From: Chiloscyllium plagiosum
Lineage: Eukaryota
NCBI RefSeq assembly: GCF_004010195.1
Contig: NC_057728.1
Location: 53,798,535-53,862,534, forward strand
Length of the DNA: 64,000 nt
Direction: 5' to 3'
The translations under genes and the position numbers were made by a program. Position 1 is the first letter of the stretch, and each line of letters begins with the position of its first letter. Shown here in pieces: positions 36,090 through 49,677 of this stretch. Below the pieces are notes generated by a model. It worked only from the letters and a program-made list of their open reading frames with translations. It did not search any database and was not told the origin of the DNA.

Positions 36090-37340
36090 AAATCAAATTG
36101 GTTGAGAATACCATGTGTGGTGCTAATGACCATTGGAGGAGGCTGTGATGGATCATCCACTTGGTACTTCTGGCTGAAGATGTTTGCAATTGCTTCAGCC
36201 TTATCTTTAGCAATGAAGTGCTGGTGTCTTCCATCATTGAGGGTGTAGATATTTGTGCAGCTTCCTCCTCCTCCTCCACTGTGTGCTTTTGATTACCCTC
36301 CATTATTCGCGACTGGATGTAGCAGGACTACACAACTTCATAGAATCCCTACAATGTGTAAACAGACCATTTGGCCCAACAAGTCCACATTGACCCTCCG
36401 AAGAGTAACCCATCCAGACCCATTCCCTACCATGCTGCATTTGCCCCTAAGTAATGCACCTAACTTACATATCCTTGAACACAATGGGCAATTTAGCATG
36501 GCTAATCCACCGAACCCGCACATCTGTGAATTGTGGGAGGAAACCGGAGCACCATAGGAAACCCACACAGACACGGGGTGAACTTGCAAATTCAGATAGT
36601 CACTCGATGCTGGAATCGAACATAGGTCCCTGGCGCTGTGAGGTAGCAGTGCTAACCACTGAGCTATCGTGCCGCCCTATTCATTCTGGTTCATTTGTTG
36701 TGACATTACTAAGCCTTGTCTGTCACTTGCTCCTTGCTTGGCATGCAAGTCATTTTGTTCTATAAATTCACCAAGTTTGCCACCTTATTTTTAGGTATAT
36801 GCCTGGTGTTGCTCCCATCGAACAAGGGTTGATCTTGCGGCTTGACGCGAAAGGTAGGGTGGTGGAAGATGCTGGGCCCTGAGGCTACAGATTGTGGTTG
36901 CACCCAATTCTGTTGTTTCTGAGGGCCCACAGCACCTTGTTAACTTGTTCCTTTTGTTGGTTGCCTCACCACCTACTCTAGACCCAGTATAGCAGCTATA
37001 TCCTTTGGTGGTGACCAGCTCAGTTAGCAGTGGTGCTACCAAACCACTCCTGGATGTTGAAGTCCCCCGTCCAGAGTACATTCTGTGTCCCTCAACATCA
37101 TTACTAATGCTTCCAATTGGTGTTCAACATGGAGGAAAACTGATTCATCATCCAAGGGGACCAAGTAGGGATGATTGCAGTGGTTAGTAATCAGCAGGAA
37201 TATATTTTGCCTTGATCTGATGCCATGAATCTTCACACGGTCCAGAGTCAATGTTGAGCATTCTCAGGGCTGTTTCGTTCTGACTGTATAAAACTTCTGC
37301 TGGCCCTGACCTTCCAGTGGAACAGGGATGGTGATGGTGA
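36090..37340 (-). mobile_element. Old CR1-clade LINE fragment (endonuclease and linker), interrupted by HE1
   Basis: The minus strand near 37050-37085 encodes a decayed NVLW.GDFNI endonuclease motif. Boundaries are approximate. Confidence 0.6.
36338..36677 (-). mobile_element. HE1-type V-SINE
   Basis: Reverse-complement match to 33667-34012 and 49678-49997. Confidence 0.9.
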
Positions 37341-37499
37341 CAGTTGTAAAACGTCTCAACTCTAAATCCTGCCTATACCCACAACACTTGACTTGCTTGT
37401 TAATCAGAACTTTGTCCAATCCTGCCTTAATAAATTCAATGAGCCAGCCTCCACTTCTTTCTGTGGAAGAAAATTCCATCGACTAACTACCTTTTTTTA

Positions 37500-38760
37500 T
37501 TAATTTCCTGCCCATCCCGAATTGTCCTTGAGGATGTGGTGAGAGCTGCTTTCTTGAACCGCAACAGTTCATTTGGCATAGAAACATTCACACTGGCCTT
37601 AGGGAGGGACTTGCAGGATTTTGACCCAGTGGCACTGAAAGGACAGCTATATATTTCCAAGTCAAATGGTGAATGGCTTGGAGGGGAATTTCCAAGCTGC
37701 CCTTATCTTTCTAGTTGGTAGCGGTTGTGAGTTTGGAAGGTGTTGTCTATGAAACCTTGGTGAATTTCCATTGTGCATCCTGTAAATAGTACAGACTGCT
37801 GCTACTAAGCATCAGTTTTGGAGGGAGTGGATGCTTATGGATGTGGTACCGATCAAGCTTTGACCTGGATGGTGTCAGGCTTCCTGAGTGAGTGTTGTTG
37901 GAACAGCGTGCATCCAGGCAAGTGGGGTGTATTCCATCACACTCCTTACTTATGCCTGTCGGTGGACAGGCTTTGGGTTGTCAGGTGGGTGGAGTCACCC
38001 ACTGTAAGATTTCTAGACTTTAACATTTCTATAGTCATAGACTTTAGCTGGCTACTCTAGTTCAGTTTCTGGTCAATGGTAAAGTCCAGGATGTTGATGA
38101 TGGGGGATTCAGTGATGTTAATGCCATTGAATATTAAGATATTAGATTCTTTCTTATTGAAGATGGTCATTGCCTGGCACTTGTCTGGCCTGAATGCTAC
38201 TTTCCAATTGTTCGCCCAAATCTGGATAATGTACTGGTCTTGCTGCATTTGGACATAGATTGATTTGGCATCTGAGGAGTTGCAAACGGTGCTGAACATT
38301 GTGAAACAGTCAGCAAACATTCCACCTCTGACCTTATGATGAAGGGAAGGTCACTGTTGAAGCAGCTGAAGATGGTTGGCCCCAGGATACTAGCCTGAGG
38401 AACTCCTGCAGAGATGTTCTGGAGCTGAGATGACTGACATCCAGCAACCACAACCATCTTTCCATGTGCCAGGTATGACTCTAATCAACATAGAGTTTGT
38501 TCCCTGATACCCATTGGTTCCAGTTTTGCAAGGGTTCCTTGATGCCACACCCAGAGCCTTGATGTCAAGGACTGTCACTCTCACCTCACCTCTGGAATTC
38601 ACTTCTTTTGTCCATGTTTGAACCAAGGATGTAATGAGGTCAGGAGCTGAGTGGCTCTGGTGGAACCTAAATTGGGCATCACTGAGCAGGTTATTGCTGA
38701 GCAGGTGCTGCTTTTTAGCACTGTTGATGACACCTTCCATCACTTTACTGGTTGAGAGTA
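37500..38760 (-). mobile_element. CR1-clade LINE (second family), RT and 3' UTR
   Basis: SKVMEGVINS..KQHLLSNNLLSDAQF, LDIKA, AGVPQASILGPTIFSCF, MFADCFTMF. Confidence 0.85.
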
Positions 38761-39839
38761 CAGAAAAACATTCCACTGAGACAAAAATATTTTTAAACTC
38801 TGCTTTAAAAGGAAAACTTCTATTGTTATACAGTGTTTCCTGATTGTAGTCTCGCCCATAAAAGGAAATATCTGCTTGGATCCATACTATCAAGTCCAAA
38901 GGAATATTTCAAAAACCAGACTGATAGGAGGGGCAAAAGCAAAGCAGTTGGAATACAACATGGGGATATTCATTTTGGGTGAAACCTCTTCACAAACTCT
39001 TTAATGTTTATTAGAGTCATGTAACTCTAAACAAAGGTGGTCGTTGCAAATTGTTTTCACCATCTCTATTCTAGTAAACGCTTACAGAAAATGTGAAATG
39101 TACACAAGGAGAAGCAGTCTTGTACACAAAGCAGTTATTGTTGGCCCAGTGTGTTTGGTGATTCCGACTGGCTTGTGTCTCATTAAATGTTCATAGAATT
39201 CCGGCAGAGGCGAGGTGAGATCTGTATCTCCCAGTGTGGGAGAGAACAACTGCTGATTCTGTAACTACAGGCTTTTACTTGAAATATTACAGCTGCATCA
39301 GTGAACCACATCATCATTATTCAAAGTGTTCTAATTTTAGAAGGCAGTTGATAAGATTTCCAGATCAGACAAATTACTCTCAACATGTGCCACTTATCTC
39401 TCCACTAATTGCTCTCTGGTGTTCTAGTGAAGAAGACGAGTTCTCTGTTAACCTTCATAATGAATGTTATTGTTTCTGCCATTATTCTCAACCCATTGGT
39501 ACATTTTTCTTCTCTTCAGTGAATTAAGTTTCACAGACTCAGAGACTGAGTGTCTCAAATGGCAAGTGTTCAAGGGAAGGTCTTATGGCACAAACAGCAG
39601 AAACCCTGCCTCTGAATCAGAAGTACCAGGTTCCAATCCCACCCTGGTACTTGATGGGTTCCCAATGTGGCCAAACAGTTTAAGTACCAATCCATGAGTC
39701 CCTCTGATGAGTCTAAGACAGACATTAAGAGTAGAAGAGGTTTTCTGCTCAGCTGGAACTGTGCGGCATAGCAGCCGTGCAAGCGACTCTCCACATCTAA
39801 AAAGAATGTACCATATATTGTGAGGATGTAAGCGTGAGC

Positions 39840-40235
39840 TACAGGAGTTCATCAGGGCAATGTCCTAGGACCAACCATCTTTAGCCGCTTCATCAATGAC
39901 CTAACCTCCATTATAAGGTCAGAAGTGGGGATGTTCACCGATGATTGCACAATGTTCAGCACCATCTGCAACCCCTCAGATACTGAAGCAGACCATGTTT
40001 AAATGCAACAAGATCTAGGCAACATTCAGGCTTGGAATGATATTTGGCAAATAACATTTGCACCGCACAGATGCCAGGCAATAACCATTGTCAAAAAAGA
40101 GAATCTAACCTTCACATTCAACTTTATTATCATCATTAAATCCTTCACTATCAACACCCCGGGGGTTACCATTGACCAGAAATTGAACTGGACTAGCCAT
40201 ATACAAACTGTAGCTACAAGAGCAGGTCAGAGACT
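39840..40235 (+). mobile_element. CR1-clade LINE RT fragment (same family as 37500-38760)
   Basis: LGPTIFSRFINDLTSIIRSEVGMFTDDCTMF; MQQDLGNIQAW; GVTIDQKLNWTSHI. Confidence 0.85.
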
Positions 40236-40538
40236 ATATTGAAAAAGACCTGGATTGTTTGTTAAGCCTCTCATCTTTCAGAATGGCCATGTTGGTTTCA
40301 GTTCTTCCATATGTAAAATTGAAACCTACATGGTCATTCTAAAAGATGAGAGACTTAATAAACAATCCAGGTCGTTTTCAATATATAATTTAATTACATC
40401 ACACTGTAAACCTTTGCTGTAAATTCTGTATCTTACAATCTAATGCTCCACAATCACCTGATGAAGGAGCAGTGCTCTGAAAGCTATGCTTCCAAATAAA
40501 CCTGTTGGACTATAACCTGGTGTTGTGTGATTTTTAAC
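40236..40538 (+). mobile_element. Second-family PLE terminal fragment with a ~65-bp inverted 5' segment
   Basis: Matches 27370-27585. 40238-40300 is the reverse complement of 40320-40385. Confidence 0.8.
40458..40486 (+). ncRNA. Minimal hammerhead ribozyme, family B
   Basis: CTGATGA-A-GGAGC AGT GCTCT-GAAAG-CTA. Confidence 0.7.
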
Positions 40539-41905
40539 CTGATAATTATAGGCCGGTGAGCCTTACTTCGGTTGTGGGTAGGGTGTTGGAAAAGCTTATA
40601 AGATATAGGATTTATAATCATCTGGAAAGGAATAATTTGATTTGGGATAATCAACATGGTTTTGTGAAGGGTAGGTCGTGCCTCACTAACCTTATTGAGT
40701 TCTTCTAGAAAGTGACAAAACAGGTGGATGAAGGTAAAGTGATTGACATGGTGTATATGGAAACTACTTCAGTAAGGCATTTGATAAGGTTCCACATAGT
40801 AGGCTATTGCACAAAATATGGAGTCTCGGAATTGAAGGTGATTTAGCGGTTTAGATCAGAAATTGGCTAGCTGAAAGAAGACAGAGGGTGGTGGTTGATG
40901 GGAAATGTCCATCCTGGAGCTCAGTTACCAGTGGGGTGCTGTAAGGATCTGTTTTGGGGCCACTGCTGTTGTCATTTTTATAAATTATCTGGATGTGGGT
41001 TAGAAAATTTACGGATGATACTAAGGTAGGCGGAGTTGTGGATAGTGCCGAAGATGTTGTGCGTTACAGAGGGACTTAGATAAGATGCAGAGCTGGGCTG
41101 AGAAGTGGCAAATGGAGTTTAATGCAGGAAAATGTGAGGTAGTTCACTTCGGAAGAAGTAACAGGAATGCAGAGTACTGGGCTAATGGTAAAATTCTTGG
41201 CAGTGTGGATGAACAGAGAGATCTCGGTGTCCAGGTGCATAAATCCCTAAACGTTGCCACCCAGGTTGATAGGGTTATTAAGAAGGCATAAGGAGTGTTG
41301 GTGTTTATTGGTAGGAGGATTGAGTTTCAGAGCCATGAGGTCATGCTTCAGCTGTACAAGACATTACTAAAGCTACACCTGGAGTATTGTATGCAGTTCT
41401 GGTCACCGCATTATAGAAAGGATGTGGAAGCTTTGGCAAGGGTTCAGAGGAGATTTACAAGGATGCTGCCTGGTATGGAAGAAAGGTCTCAAGAGGCTGA
41501 GGGAACTGAGGCTGTTTTCGTTGGAGAGAAGAAGGTTGAGAGGTGACTTAATCGAGATGTATAAGATAATCAGAGGGTTAGATAGGGTGGACAGTGAGAG
41601 CCTTTTACCTTGGCTGGCGAAGGCTAACACGAGGGGACATAGCTTTAAATTGAGGGGTGGTAAATTCAGGCCACATATTAGGGGTAGTTTCTTCACTCAG
41701 AGAGTAGTAGGGACATGGAACGGCTTGCCTACAAAAGTAGTAGATTCACCGACATTAAGGGTATTTAAATGGGCATTGGGCATACATATGGATAATAATA
41801 GAACAGTGTAAGTTAGACGGGCGTCAGATTATTTTTACGGGTTGGCGCAACATCAAGGGCCAAAGGGCCTGTACTGTGCTTTAACGTTCCGTGTTCTATA
41901 TTCTG
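40539..41905 (+). mobile_element. CR1/HER1 LINE, RT through 3' end
   Basis: NYRPVSLTSVVG, QHGFVKGRSCLTNLIEF, FSKAFDKVPH, WAEKWQMEFN, FFTQRVVGTWNGLP. Confidence 0.93.
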
Positions 41906-42180
41906 TCCATCAGGGGTTCTCTCTGCCCTCTGAATATAAAGAAGACATGGCGCTATTTAAAGAAAAGCTAGGGTGTTCTCTCCAGTGTCCAATGTTTATC
42001 CCTCAACCAACATTACATGGATCTTGTGGTCATTGCCTCATTATTGTTAGTGGAATTAGCAAAAAAAGGCTGCCATGTATAATGGTGTACAATGGTGACA
42101 ATATTTCAATATGGATTGTGTTGGTTGTACACCACTCTGAGGTATTGAAGGATGCTATGAAAATGCAATTTCTTTCTTTG
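41906..42180 (+). mobile_element. DeuSINE (SacSINE1-like) fragment
   Basis: ATGGCGCTATTTAAAGAAAAGC...TTTATCCCTCAACCAACATTAC...GCTATGAAAATGCAATTTCTTTCTTT. Related pieces lie at 46285-46580, 50420-51056 and 58240-58440 (minus). Confidence 0.65.
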
Positions 42181-42729
42181 CTTCTTTCCTTGTTCTCCTC
42201 CTGCTAGATTTCAGGAAGGACTTTAGTGGAATCCCCATGGAAATTTGAGGTCCTAATCCACCATTCCAATTCTCTGACTTTATTTATTTGCCAGTCAAAA
42301 TAGGAATAGACTTTCTCTGAGTTCTGGGTGTATTTCCATAAAATAGATGGTGCTACAAAATCACATTTGGGCAAAGAATATTTTGCCAAGATACACTCAC
42401 CATGACAGTTCTGTGCAGTAACTTTAATATAAACCTCAAAAATGTAGAAAGTGTCCACACATAAAAACAGCAATTCAGTCAGATATAAAATTATTAATCC
42501 CTCCACATTTCTCTCCTCTCATTGCACAGCAGCTTTATACCTCAGTCAGTCTCTGTCATCTGAAACCAAGCAAGGCTTCACCCAATCCTGCTCTCCTGAC
42601 CCAAGAAAAGATCTACATAATACAATTTCCAGAGGAAAGCAAAGCAAGAAGTAGTATTTTTAACACCTAGGACACCCCAGAATGGTTTACAACCAGCATA
42701 GCTCTGATATAGGGAAAAACCCAAAGAAC

Positions 42730-42910
42730 TGATGGTGGAAATCAGAAACAAAATCAGAAGTTACTGTAAAAACCTCAGCAGGTCTGGCAGCATCTATGGA
42801 GAGAAAACCGAGCTAACATTTCTGAGCTATGTTTTACGTCCAGTGGCCCTTGAAGTGAAGGATTGCAGGACCCGAAACATTAACTGTACTTTCTCTCCAC
42901 TGATGGTGTC
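42730..42910. mobile_element. Third-family PLE-type inverted terminal remnant
   Basis: CTCAGCAGGTCTGGCAGCATCT on the left; GGACCCGAAACATTAAC...TTCTCTCCACTGATG on the right. Confidence 0.55.
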
Positions 42911-44459
42911 AGAGAGTTCTTACATACAGCTCCTTATTTATACAACCCCTTTCAAAACCTCAAAGATCCACAAAGCATGATTTTGCTGAAAGAAAATCAT
43001 TGATGTTGTGACCTAGCTATATAGATGCCTCCTGATTTGTGGGCCGGGGGCGGGGAAGGGGGGGAAGTGGAGTCATTCGCCTTAAATTGCCTTAAAATTG
43101 TGAACAATGAAAATGTGATATGAGGACACTAAGCATTCATATCCTATTATCACACTTCAGACTTTCACCCCAACAGATGTTATTACCTATGGAAAATCAT
43201 TGCAACTAGTAGGGTTCAGCCCCTGTTGAAGGTTTCTCGGTGTGAAAGGTTACTTCAGGATGAGCAAATTGATCACAGAGCTCATTACTTTTAAAGTAAT
43301 AAACTCCTTAAGATGTTATTCGTGCAGAGAAATTACAAAGTGCTGGGAAATATTTACAGCCCAGAAATTGGCCATTTGGGCCAAGAGGTCCATTGTGGTG
43401 TTTATTCTCCAGGAGCCTCTTCCAACTATTCTCCATCAAAATCCTCAACATATCCTTCTTCCTTTCACCCTTGTATAGTTTGGCCTTAAATGAATCTATG
43501 CTGTTTATCTCAGTTGGTAGTAAATTCCACCCTCTGGATATGCTGTAATTATTCTTTACCTATGAGAGAGATCACTTTTAAGATCCCCATGTATCGTGAC
43601 TCTGTCTGGCAGCTAGTTTGCTTTGGGTTTACAAGCTGCGACACATACAAATAAATTGTTTTGACACAATATTGTTTGATTCATGACTTAATATGTGTTT
43701 TACTATTGTAAGTAAACTAACCCACAGAGTAAATCAATCCCTCACAAGCAATTGATCATTAGGCTGCTATCATTAACATGACAGGGTGAAGAAGATTTCC
43801 TGAGCCATGTCTGCAGAGTGGTGTGTGAATTGCAAATTCATATACCTCATTAAGTCATTTTTGAGTATTCCAGTTTAAAAATAACCATTGGCAAAACTTT
43901 AGCCTTAGTTCAAGTTGGTTTATTGCTATTGTTGAAAATTATTCAGTAAAAAGTGCTACAGTTATTAGTTAGGATATAGATGCAAAGATTAAAAGTAGGT
44001 GTGGCTAAAAGATACATATAAAGATACAAATATGGTCAGTCCCTTATCGTTGCCACCTGGCTTGTTTGAAGTGTTCTATTTCTCAGGTGGATGACCAGAA
44101 CAGATTCTGGGAGGGGGTGGTGGTGTACAGAGACTCCTTTATTTTGTTTTTATGCTCCTGGAGGTTGGGGCCTTTGGTAGCCTTCTTTGGCACTGCAGTC
44201 CTTTAACTGGTTTGCTTCTCCCTATCTCCTTGTCGGAAATTTGGTCTCTCTGATGGTATTTCCCAGACTTCCTCTTGGCGTTCTACTCAAAATAGAGTCA
44301 CACAGCCTGGTCTATACTGAGCAAAACATAAGAAGGTGTTAAGAGAGTTGAGAACATAGGCAGACCAGCCATGATTTTGTCAAATGTCAGAGTAGGCTTA
44401 AGGTATCTAAACAGTCTATTCCTGCACCTAACTGTTATGCTAGTTTGGATCTTATTTCT

Positions 44460-44790
44460 CATAGAATCCCAACAACGTGGAAGTAGGCTATTTGGTCCAT
44501 CGAGTCCACACCAACCCTCTGGCGAGCATCCTACCCAAACCCATCCCTGTAACCCGGCATTTCCCCTGGCTAATCCACCTATTCTGCACATCCCTGGACA
44601 CTGTGGGCAATTTAGTACAGCCAATCCACCCTAACCTGCACATCTTTGGATTGTGGGAGGAAACCACAGCACTCGGAGGGAACATGGGGAGAATATGCAA
44701 ACTCCACATAGACAGCCACCCAAGGCTGGTATTGAACCAGGATCCCCAGTGCTGTAAGGTAGCAGTGCTATTCATTGAGCCACCATGACA
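44460..44790 (-). mobile_element. HE1-type V-SINE
   Basis: Reverse-complement match to the other HE1 copies. Confidence 0.88.
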
Positions 44791-45677
44791 CTTAGGTAAA
44801 GTGAATCCAAGTCTCTAGGTTACTAGTCCAATGACATCACCATACCTTACCATCCTCACTTCATTGTATTAAACAAAAATAATTTATACACTTGAATTCC
44901 ACTCCTCCTCATCAGAGTGAGAAAGCATGTTGGCATAGTTAGAAATGAAAGGGTTAATGTGTTATCAGGGGGCAAGGCTCTTGATGTGGTGTAACATATT
45001 AAAGCTGTTTAACAATCCACTGCCGGTGATAACAACAGCCAAAACAGACCTACATCCTGTGGCAATCTTTCCCAGCAAACAATGGCTAATGTTTAAATAT
45101 TTCCACTGAAAGGATGCAGGATGAATAAATATAAGCAAAAAGAAAAACCTTGTTGTTCATATTTCACAATTAGCATTACTAATAACAGCAGCAAATCTAA
45201 AGACTCTTGAAATCTTTGTGTGACTGAACACTACATAGTCATTAACTCAGAGTCAAGAGGTGAAATCTTTTTGTTGCACTGAACTTTGGATGTTTCTCTG
45301 CATAAATTCATCTTATCCTAATTTGCATTCAAGCAAAATAGCCTACACCCTTCAGCGAATAACAAAAAAAGGAGACTGCAAGAGGTGATTTAAAAAACAT
45401 ACAGTAGGTTAAAACACAATTTATGGGTTATAGAAAATTCTCTCTCCATTGAGAGAAGAGCATAAGAAATGGGAACAGCAGTAGGCTATTCAGCCCATCA
45501 AGCCTGCTCAGCCATTGTATTCGATCATGGCCAGTTTTAGTCACATCTCCACCTCCCACCTTTCCTCTATAAACCTTAATTCTTATCATTCAAAAGTCTG
45601 TCTAACTCAGTCTTGAGTATATTCCATAACACAGCCTCCATTGCTCTTTGGGGAAGAGACTGTCAGACATTCAGGAA

Positions 45678-45962
45678 AAATGTATGATGGAAAAGCAAAA
45701 TACTATAGATGCTGGAAATCGGAAATTAAGTTAACTTAAGCAACTGAAAGTTTCCAACTGACAATCTGTCAATTTTTATCAGCATCTGTGGCCAGAGAAA
45801 AACACAATTAATTGTTCAAGTCTTTTGACTATTCAACAGAACATCAATCCTTAGCAATATTCCTTTTTTCTCTCACCACAGATGCTTAGAGCTTCCGGCA
45901 CTCTTTGACTTGATTTCAGATTTCCAGCATCTATAGTATTTTGCTGTTCTACTATACATTTT
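45678..45962. mobile_element. Inverted-repeat PLE-type remnant
   Basis: ~50-bp terminal inverted repeats AGCAAAATACTATAGATGCTGGAAATC / GATTTCCAGCATCTATAGTATTTTGCT. Confidence 0.65.
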
Positions 45963-46284
45963 TGTTCAGTAATAATATAATGGGCTGTGAAAGCAAAGGT
46001 AGAATAAAGACACAGAGCAACTGCAATCTAAATGACTGACAAAACAGATTCAAGGGGTTGAAGGATTTCTTCATTCTTCTCTGACACTAAACTCTTACTA
46101 TTTATATTTATATTGTACTTTACCCTACTGTGTCCTATAGCTACCCTTGGTAGGTTCTGCAGTGAAGCCAGCCCAATGCAATCATATCTTAACCAGAATA
46201 ATAATTAATGGAATTAGAAGTGAGTACAATGTTGGAGAGGCTCCTTGTTGCACTTTGTTGTGCATTAACTGCACATATTTCTTT

Positions 46285-46580
46285 CACCCAGAAGATTATA
46301 CGTTCAACTCCCACTGCCGAGACTAGAGTACAAATGTCTAAAGATTTTCAGTATCCACAGTATTTTGCTTTTATTTCAGTGTAGAGAGTGTGCTGCACTC
46401 CTGAGGTACTGTTTTTTTTTATGAAACATTAAACTAAAACCCTGTCTGTTCTTACAGGTGTGTGTAAAAGTCCCATGACTCTATTTTTTTTAGAGCAAGA
46501 GAGTTCTCCCTCAACCACCATCACACTGTGGGAGCTTGCTGTGTGCAGGCAGCTGTCAGCTTGCCTGCTCTACGACAGGA
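46285..46580 (+). mobile_element. DeuSINE (SacSINE1-like), decayed
   Basis: GTTCAACTCCCACT, GTGCTGCACT, AAACATTAAAC, GTAAAAGTCCCATG, GTGGGAGCTTGCTGTGTGCA. Confidence 0.65.
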
Positions 46581-46651
46581 ACTGATACACTAGATGGGCA
46601 AAAAAAGCCCATGAAAGGTGCAAGATATTTGCAAGAGTTTCTTTGCATGCT

Positions 46652-46721
46652 GGAGGAGAAAGTGAGGTCTGCAGATGCTGGAGATCAGAGCTGAAAATGT
46701 GTTGCTGGAACAGCGCAGCAG
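46652..46721 (-). mobile_element. 70-bp PLE terminal insertion
   Basis: PLE terminus flanked by a perfect 15-bp TSD GTTTCTTTGCATGCT at 46637-46651 / 46722-46736. Confidence 0.9.
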
Positions 46722-46884
46722 GTTTCTTTGCATGCTTCCAGGTAGCTGAAATTGCTAAACTAATGTTTTTGACATTGTTCTTGTTTGAATTAATCCCTCT
46801 CAGGGTGTGGATATTACTGGCAAGCTGGCATTTAATGCCAACTGGTCACTCTGAGAAGGTCATGGTGTGCTTCCTTCTTAGACT

Positions 46885-47615
46885 GTCGGAAAAGAAACAA
46901 GCTATTCGGGTCTTCTCTGCCATTTGATCATGGCTGATATGTTCCTCAGCCCCATTCTTCTTCCTTCTCCAGTTACCCTTTCATCCCCTTACTAATCAAG
47001 AACCTATCTCTGTCTGTCTTAAATGCACTCAATGACTTGGCCTCCACAACCTTTTGCGGCAATGAGTTCCACAGATTAATCACGCTCTGGGTGAAGAGAT
47101 TCCTCCTCACCTCAGTTCGAAAGGGTTTCCCCTTCACTTTGAGGCTCCACCGTTGGGTCGTGGTCTCTCCTATTAGTGGAAATATCTTCTCCACATCCAG
47201 TCTATCCAAGCCTCTCGGTATTTTGTACAATTTCAATTAGATCCCGCCCCCCCAGCATCCCTCTAAACTCCATCGTGTACAGACCCAGACTCCTCAACTA
47301 CTCCCTTAAACGTTCAACTCCCTCTGCAGAGACTAGAGTACAAATGTCTAAAGATTTCCAGTATCTGCAGTATTTTGCTTTTATTTCAGTGTAGAGAGTG
47401 TGCTGCACTCCTGGAGTTACTGTTTTTTTGATGAAACATTAAAGTGAATCCCTGTCTGTTCTTACAGGTGCATGTAAAAGTCCCATGACTCTATTTTGTT
47501 TAAGAGCAAGAGAGTGATTTAGGAAACCTACATCATTCTTGTAAACCTTGCCTGGACCCCCTCCAATACCAGCAAATCACTCCTTAGATATAGGACCCAA
47601 AATGCTCACAATATT
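46885..47615 (-). mobile_element. CR1 LINE 3' fragment, interrupted at 47310-47515
   Basis: YKIPRGLDRLDVEKIFPL...FRTEVRRNLFTQSVINLWNSLP. Confidence 0.85.
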
Positions 47616-47664
47616 ATTTAAGAACCAATAGCATTAGCCTGTTAACTATTGTTAAATACAGTGA

Positions 47665-47805
47665 ATGTTTCAAGTCCATTATGACTCATCTTCAGAATCT
47701 ACAGAACTCTGTAGAAGAGTCACATTGGCCTTGAAATGTTGCCAGTGTTCTCTCTGCACAGATGCTGCCAGACCTGCTGAGTTTCTGCAGCATTTTCTGT
47801 TTTGG
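47665..47805. mobile_element. Third-family PLE-type palindromic remnant
   Basis: TGACTCATCTTCAGA...TCTGTAGAAGAGTCAC inverted centre, followed by GATGCTGCCAGACCTGCTGAGTTTC. Confidence 0.55.
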
Positions 47806-49116
47806 TCTGGAGATCAGCTCCCTGTACGCAAGATTCAATTCAGTGGGCAGATCTGATGGGCTTTGGTGCCTAAACCCCCCTCTGAGGGCAGATTCTGAGA
47901 TCCTGTGGAGACAGCACACACCTGAATGGAGGAACCCAGAGATCAGCAGGGATTGGACTTCTGACCTCATCTACATCTGCAGCATGAGCTGACAATGCCA
48001 ACCATCTCTCCTGAACAGGAAATTGAATGTGGCTCCCTAACTGGTAAAGAGTAGCCTGAAGAAGCAGCTTGGGTAAGGGGATAATCAGCAGGATCACAGA
48101 GTTACTGGGAGCCTCTCTTACTTCTCAGAGCTCCAAATCCATTGTTGAGTGCTGGGTGATCTTGTCTCTCATATCAGAAAGTTGTCCATTTGTAATGCCC
48201 ACTGTAGCGAAGTGAGTTCCAAATTCCAGCTTTCACTCCCAGTGCAGTACACTGTCCCATTACATCGCTCTCATTTCTCACTACTGTATTTTTCTCGCTG
48301 TGTAAGACCCCAGTCATTCTATCTTGGTAAAACAGCAATTTATTTGTACTTGTTACAATTTAGTATGCGTATTCAGTCACTTGGTGCAGATCTTGGTAAA
48401 TGCTGAAGGAAAGTAGCCACAGCTTTGGCTGATTTAGGGAACCTACATGAGTTCGGACTGAGGTGGTCTTCAGGATCGAGCCAATGGTTTAAGAAGACCT
48501 GTGTTCTCAGCAATGATAAGCCTCACAGCCATTGGCAATAGGTGCATCAAATGGAGGAACCTCTCACAATGGCTTGTTAGCTGTGTGTCCATCATCTCTG
48601 ATAAAGGGAAGAATGCCATCTTTTTTGTTGCTCACAATGTGATCTCTACAATGCAATGCCAAACATAGATCATGTACAGCTCACCTCCATTCACAAACAT
48701 GACCCCAAGCTTTCAGTAGCTGATATTTCAGTCATTCAGTTTACTCTTATTCTGACCTTTTATACCTTCTGATGCGGCCCATGCTCTGAGTTCTTGGCTG
48801 CTTGATCCTATCTCCCCGCTCCACTACACTTTCCACCCACATTGTAGATGAGAATCTCTCCCCCATGAGCTCTCAACACATAAAACTCTGCACCAGGAAT
48901 GCTAACTTGTCAGAAATACCAAGAGTTTTATTTTACATGCAATGTCCTTCCAAAACACACAATACATACCTTCGGACCATGTCAGCATGGTTTTCTGTCA
49001 GTTCTGTCAGTACTTTTTGACCAATACGAAACAGTTCAGGAACATAGGATTGGGAGTAGGTCATTCAGCCTGTTGAAGAGCTAGCCATTTCATTTGATCA
49101 CTGCTGATCAACTCTG

Positions 49117-49600
49117 GTGGCTCAGTGGCTCAGTGGTTAGCATTGCTACCTCACAATGCCAAGGACTTGGGTTCAATCCCAGCCTTGGGTTACTATCTTT
49201 GGGGTGTTTGCACATTCTCCCATGTCTGCAATGGTTTCCTCTGGGTGGTTTGGTTTCCTTCCACAGTCCATAGAAATGCAAGTGAGATGGATTGGCCATA
49301 CTAAATTGCCAGTAGTGTCCAGGGATGTGCAGGTTGGGTGGGTTAAGCATGGGAAATATGGAGTTACAGGGATTGGGTGTGATGCTCTTCAGAGAGTTGG
49401 TGTGGACGCAATGGGCTGAATAGGCAAAAGTGAGGATTGCAGATGCTGGAGATCAGAGTCAAGATTAGAGTGGTGCTGGAAAAGCGCAGCATCCAAGGAG
49501 CAGGAAGATCAACCTTTCAGGCAAAAGCCCTTCATCAGGAATAATCTAGACTCTATGCACTAAATAGCCTGCTTCCACACTGAAAGGGTTCTATGATTCA
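49117..49600 (+). mobile_element. HE1-type V-SINE with a PLE terminal insertion (49422-49555) in its tail
   Basis: SINE head, V domain and tail are present. The insert carries minus-strand CTGATGAAGGGCTTTTGCCTGAAAGGTT. Confidence 0.85.
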
Positions 49601-49677
49601 ATGTAATTTAACCGCACTATCTCTAATATCCTGTATGCCGTTAGTGATTGGAAATCTATCAACGTCTATCACTGTAG

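Noticed and set aside
43020..43075. GC-box/G-rich promoter candidate
   Set aside because: Short isolated G-run with no CpG island or adjacent exon evidence.
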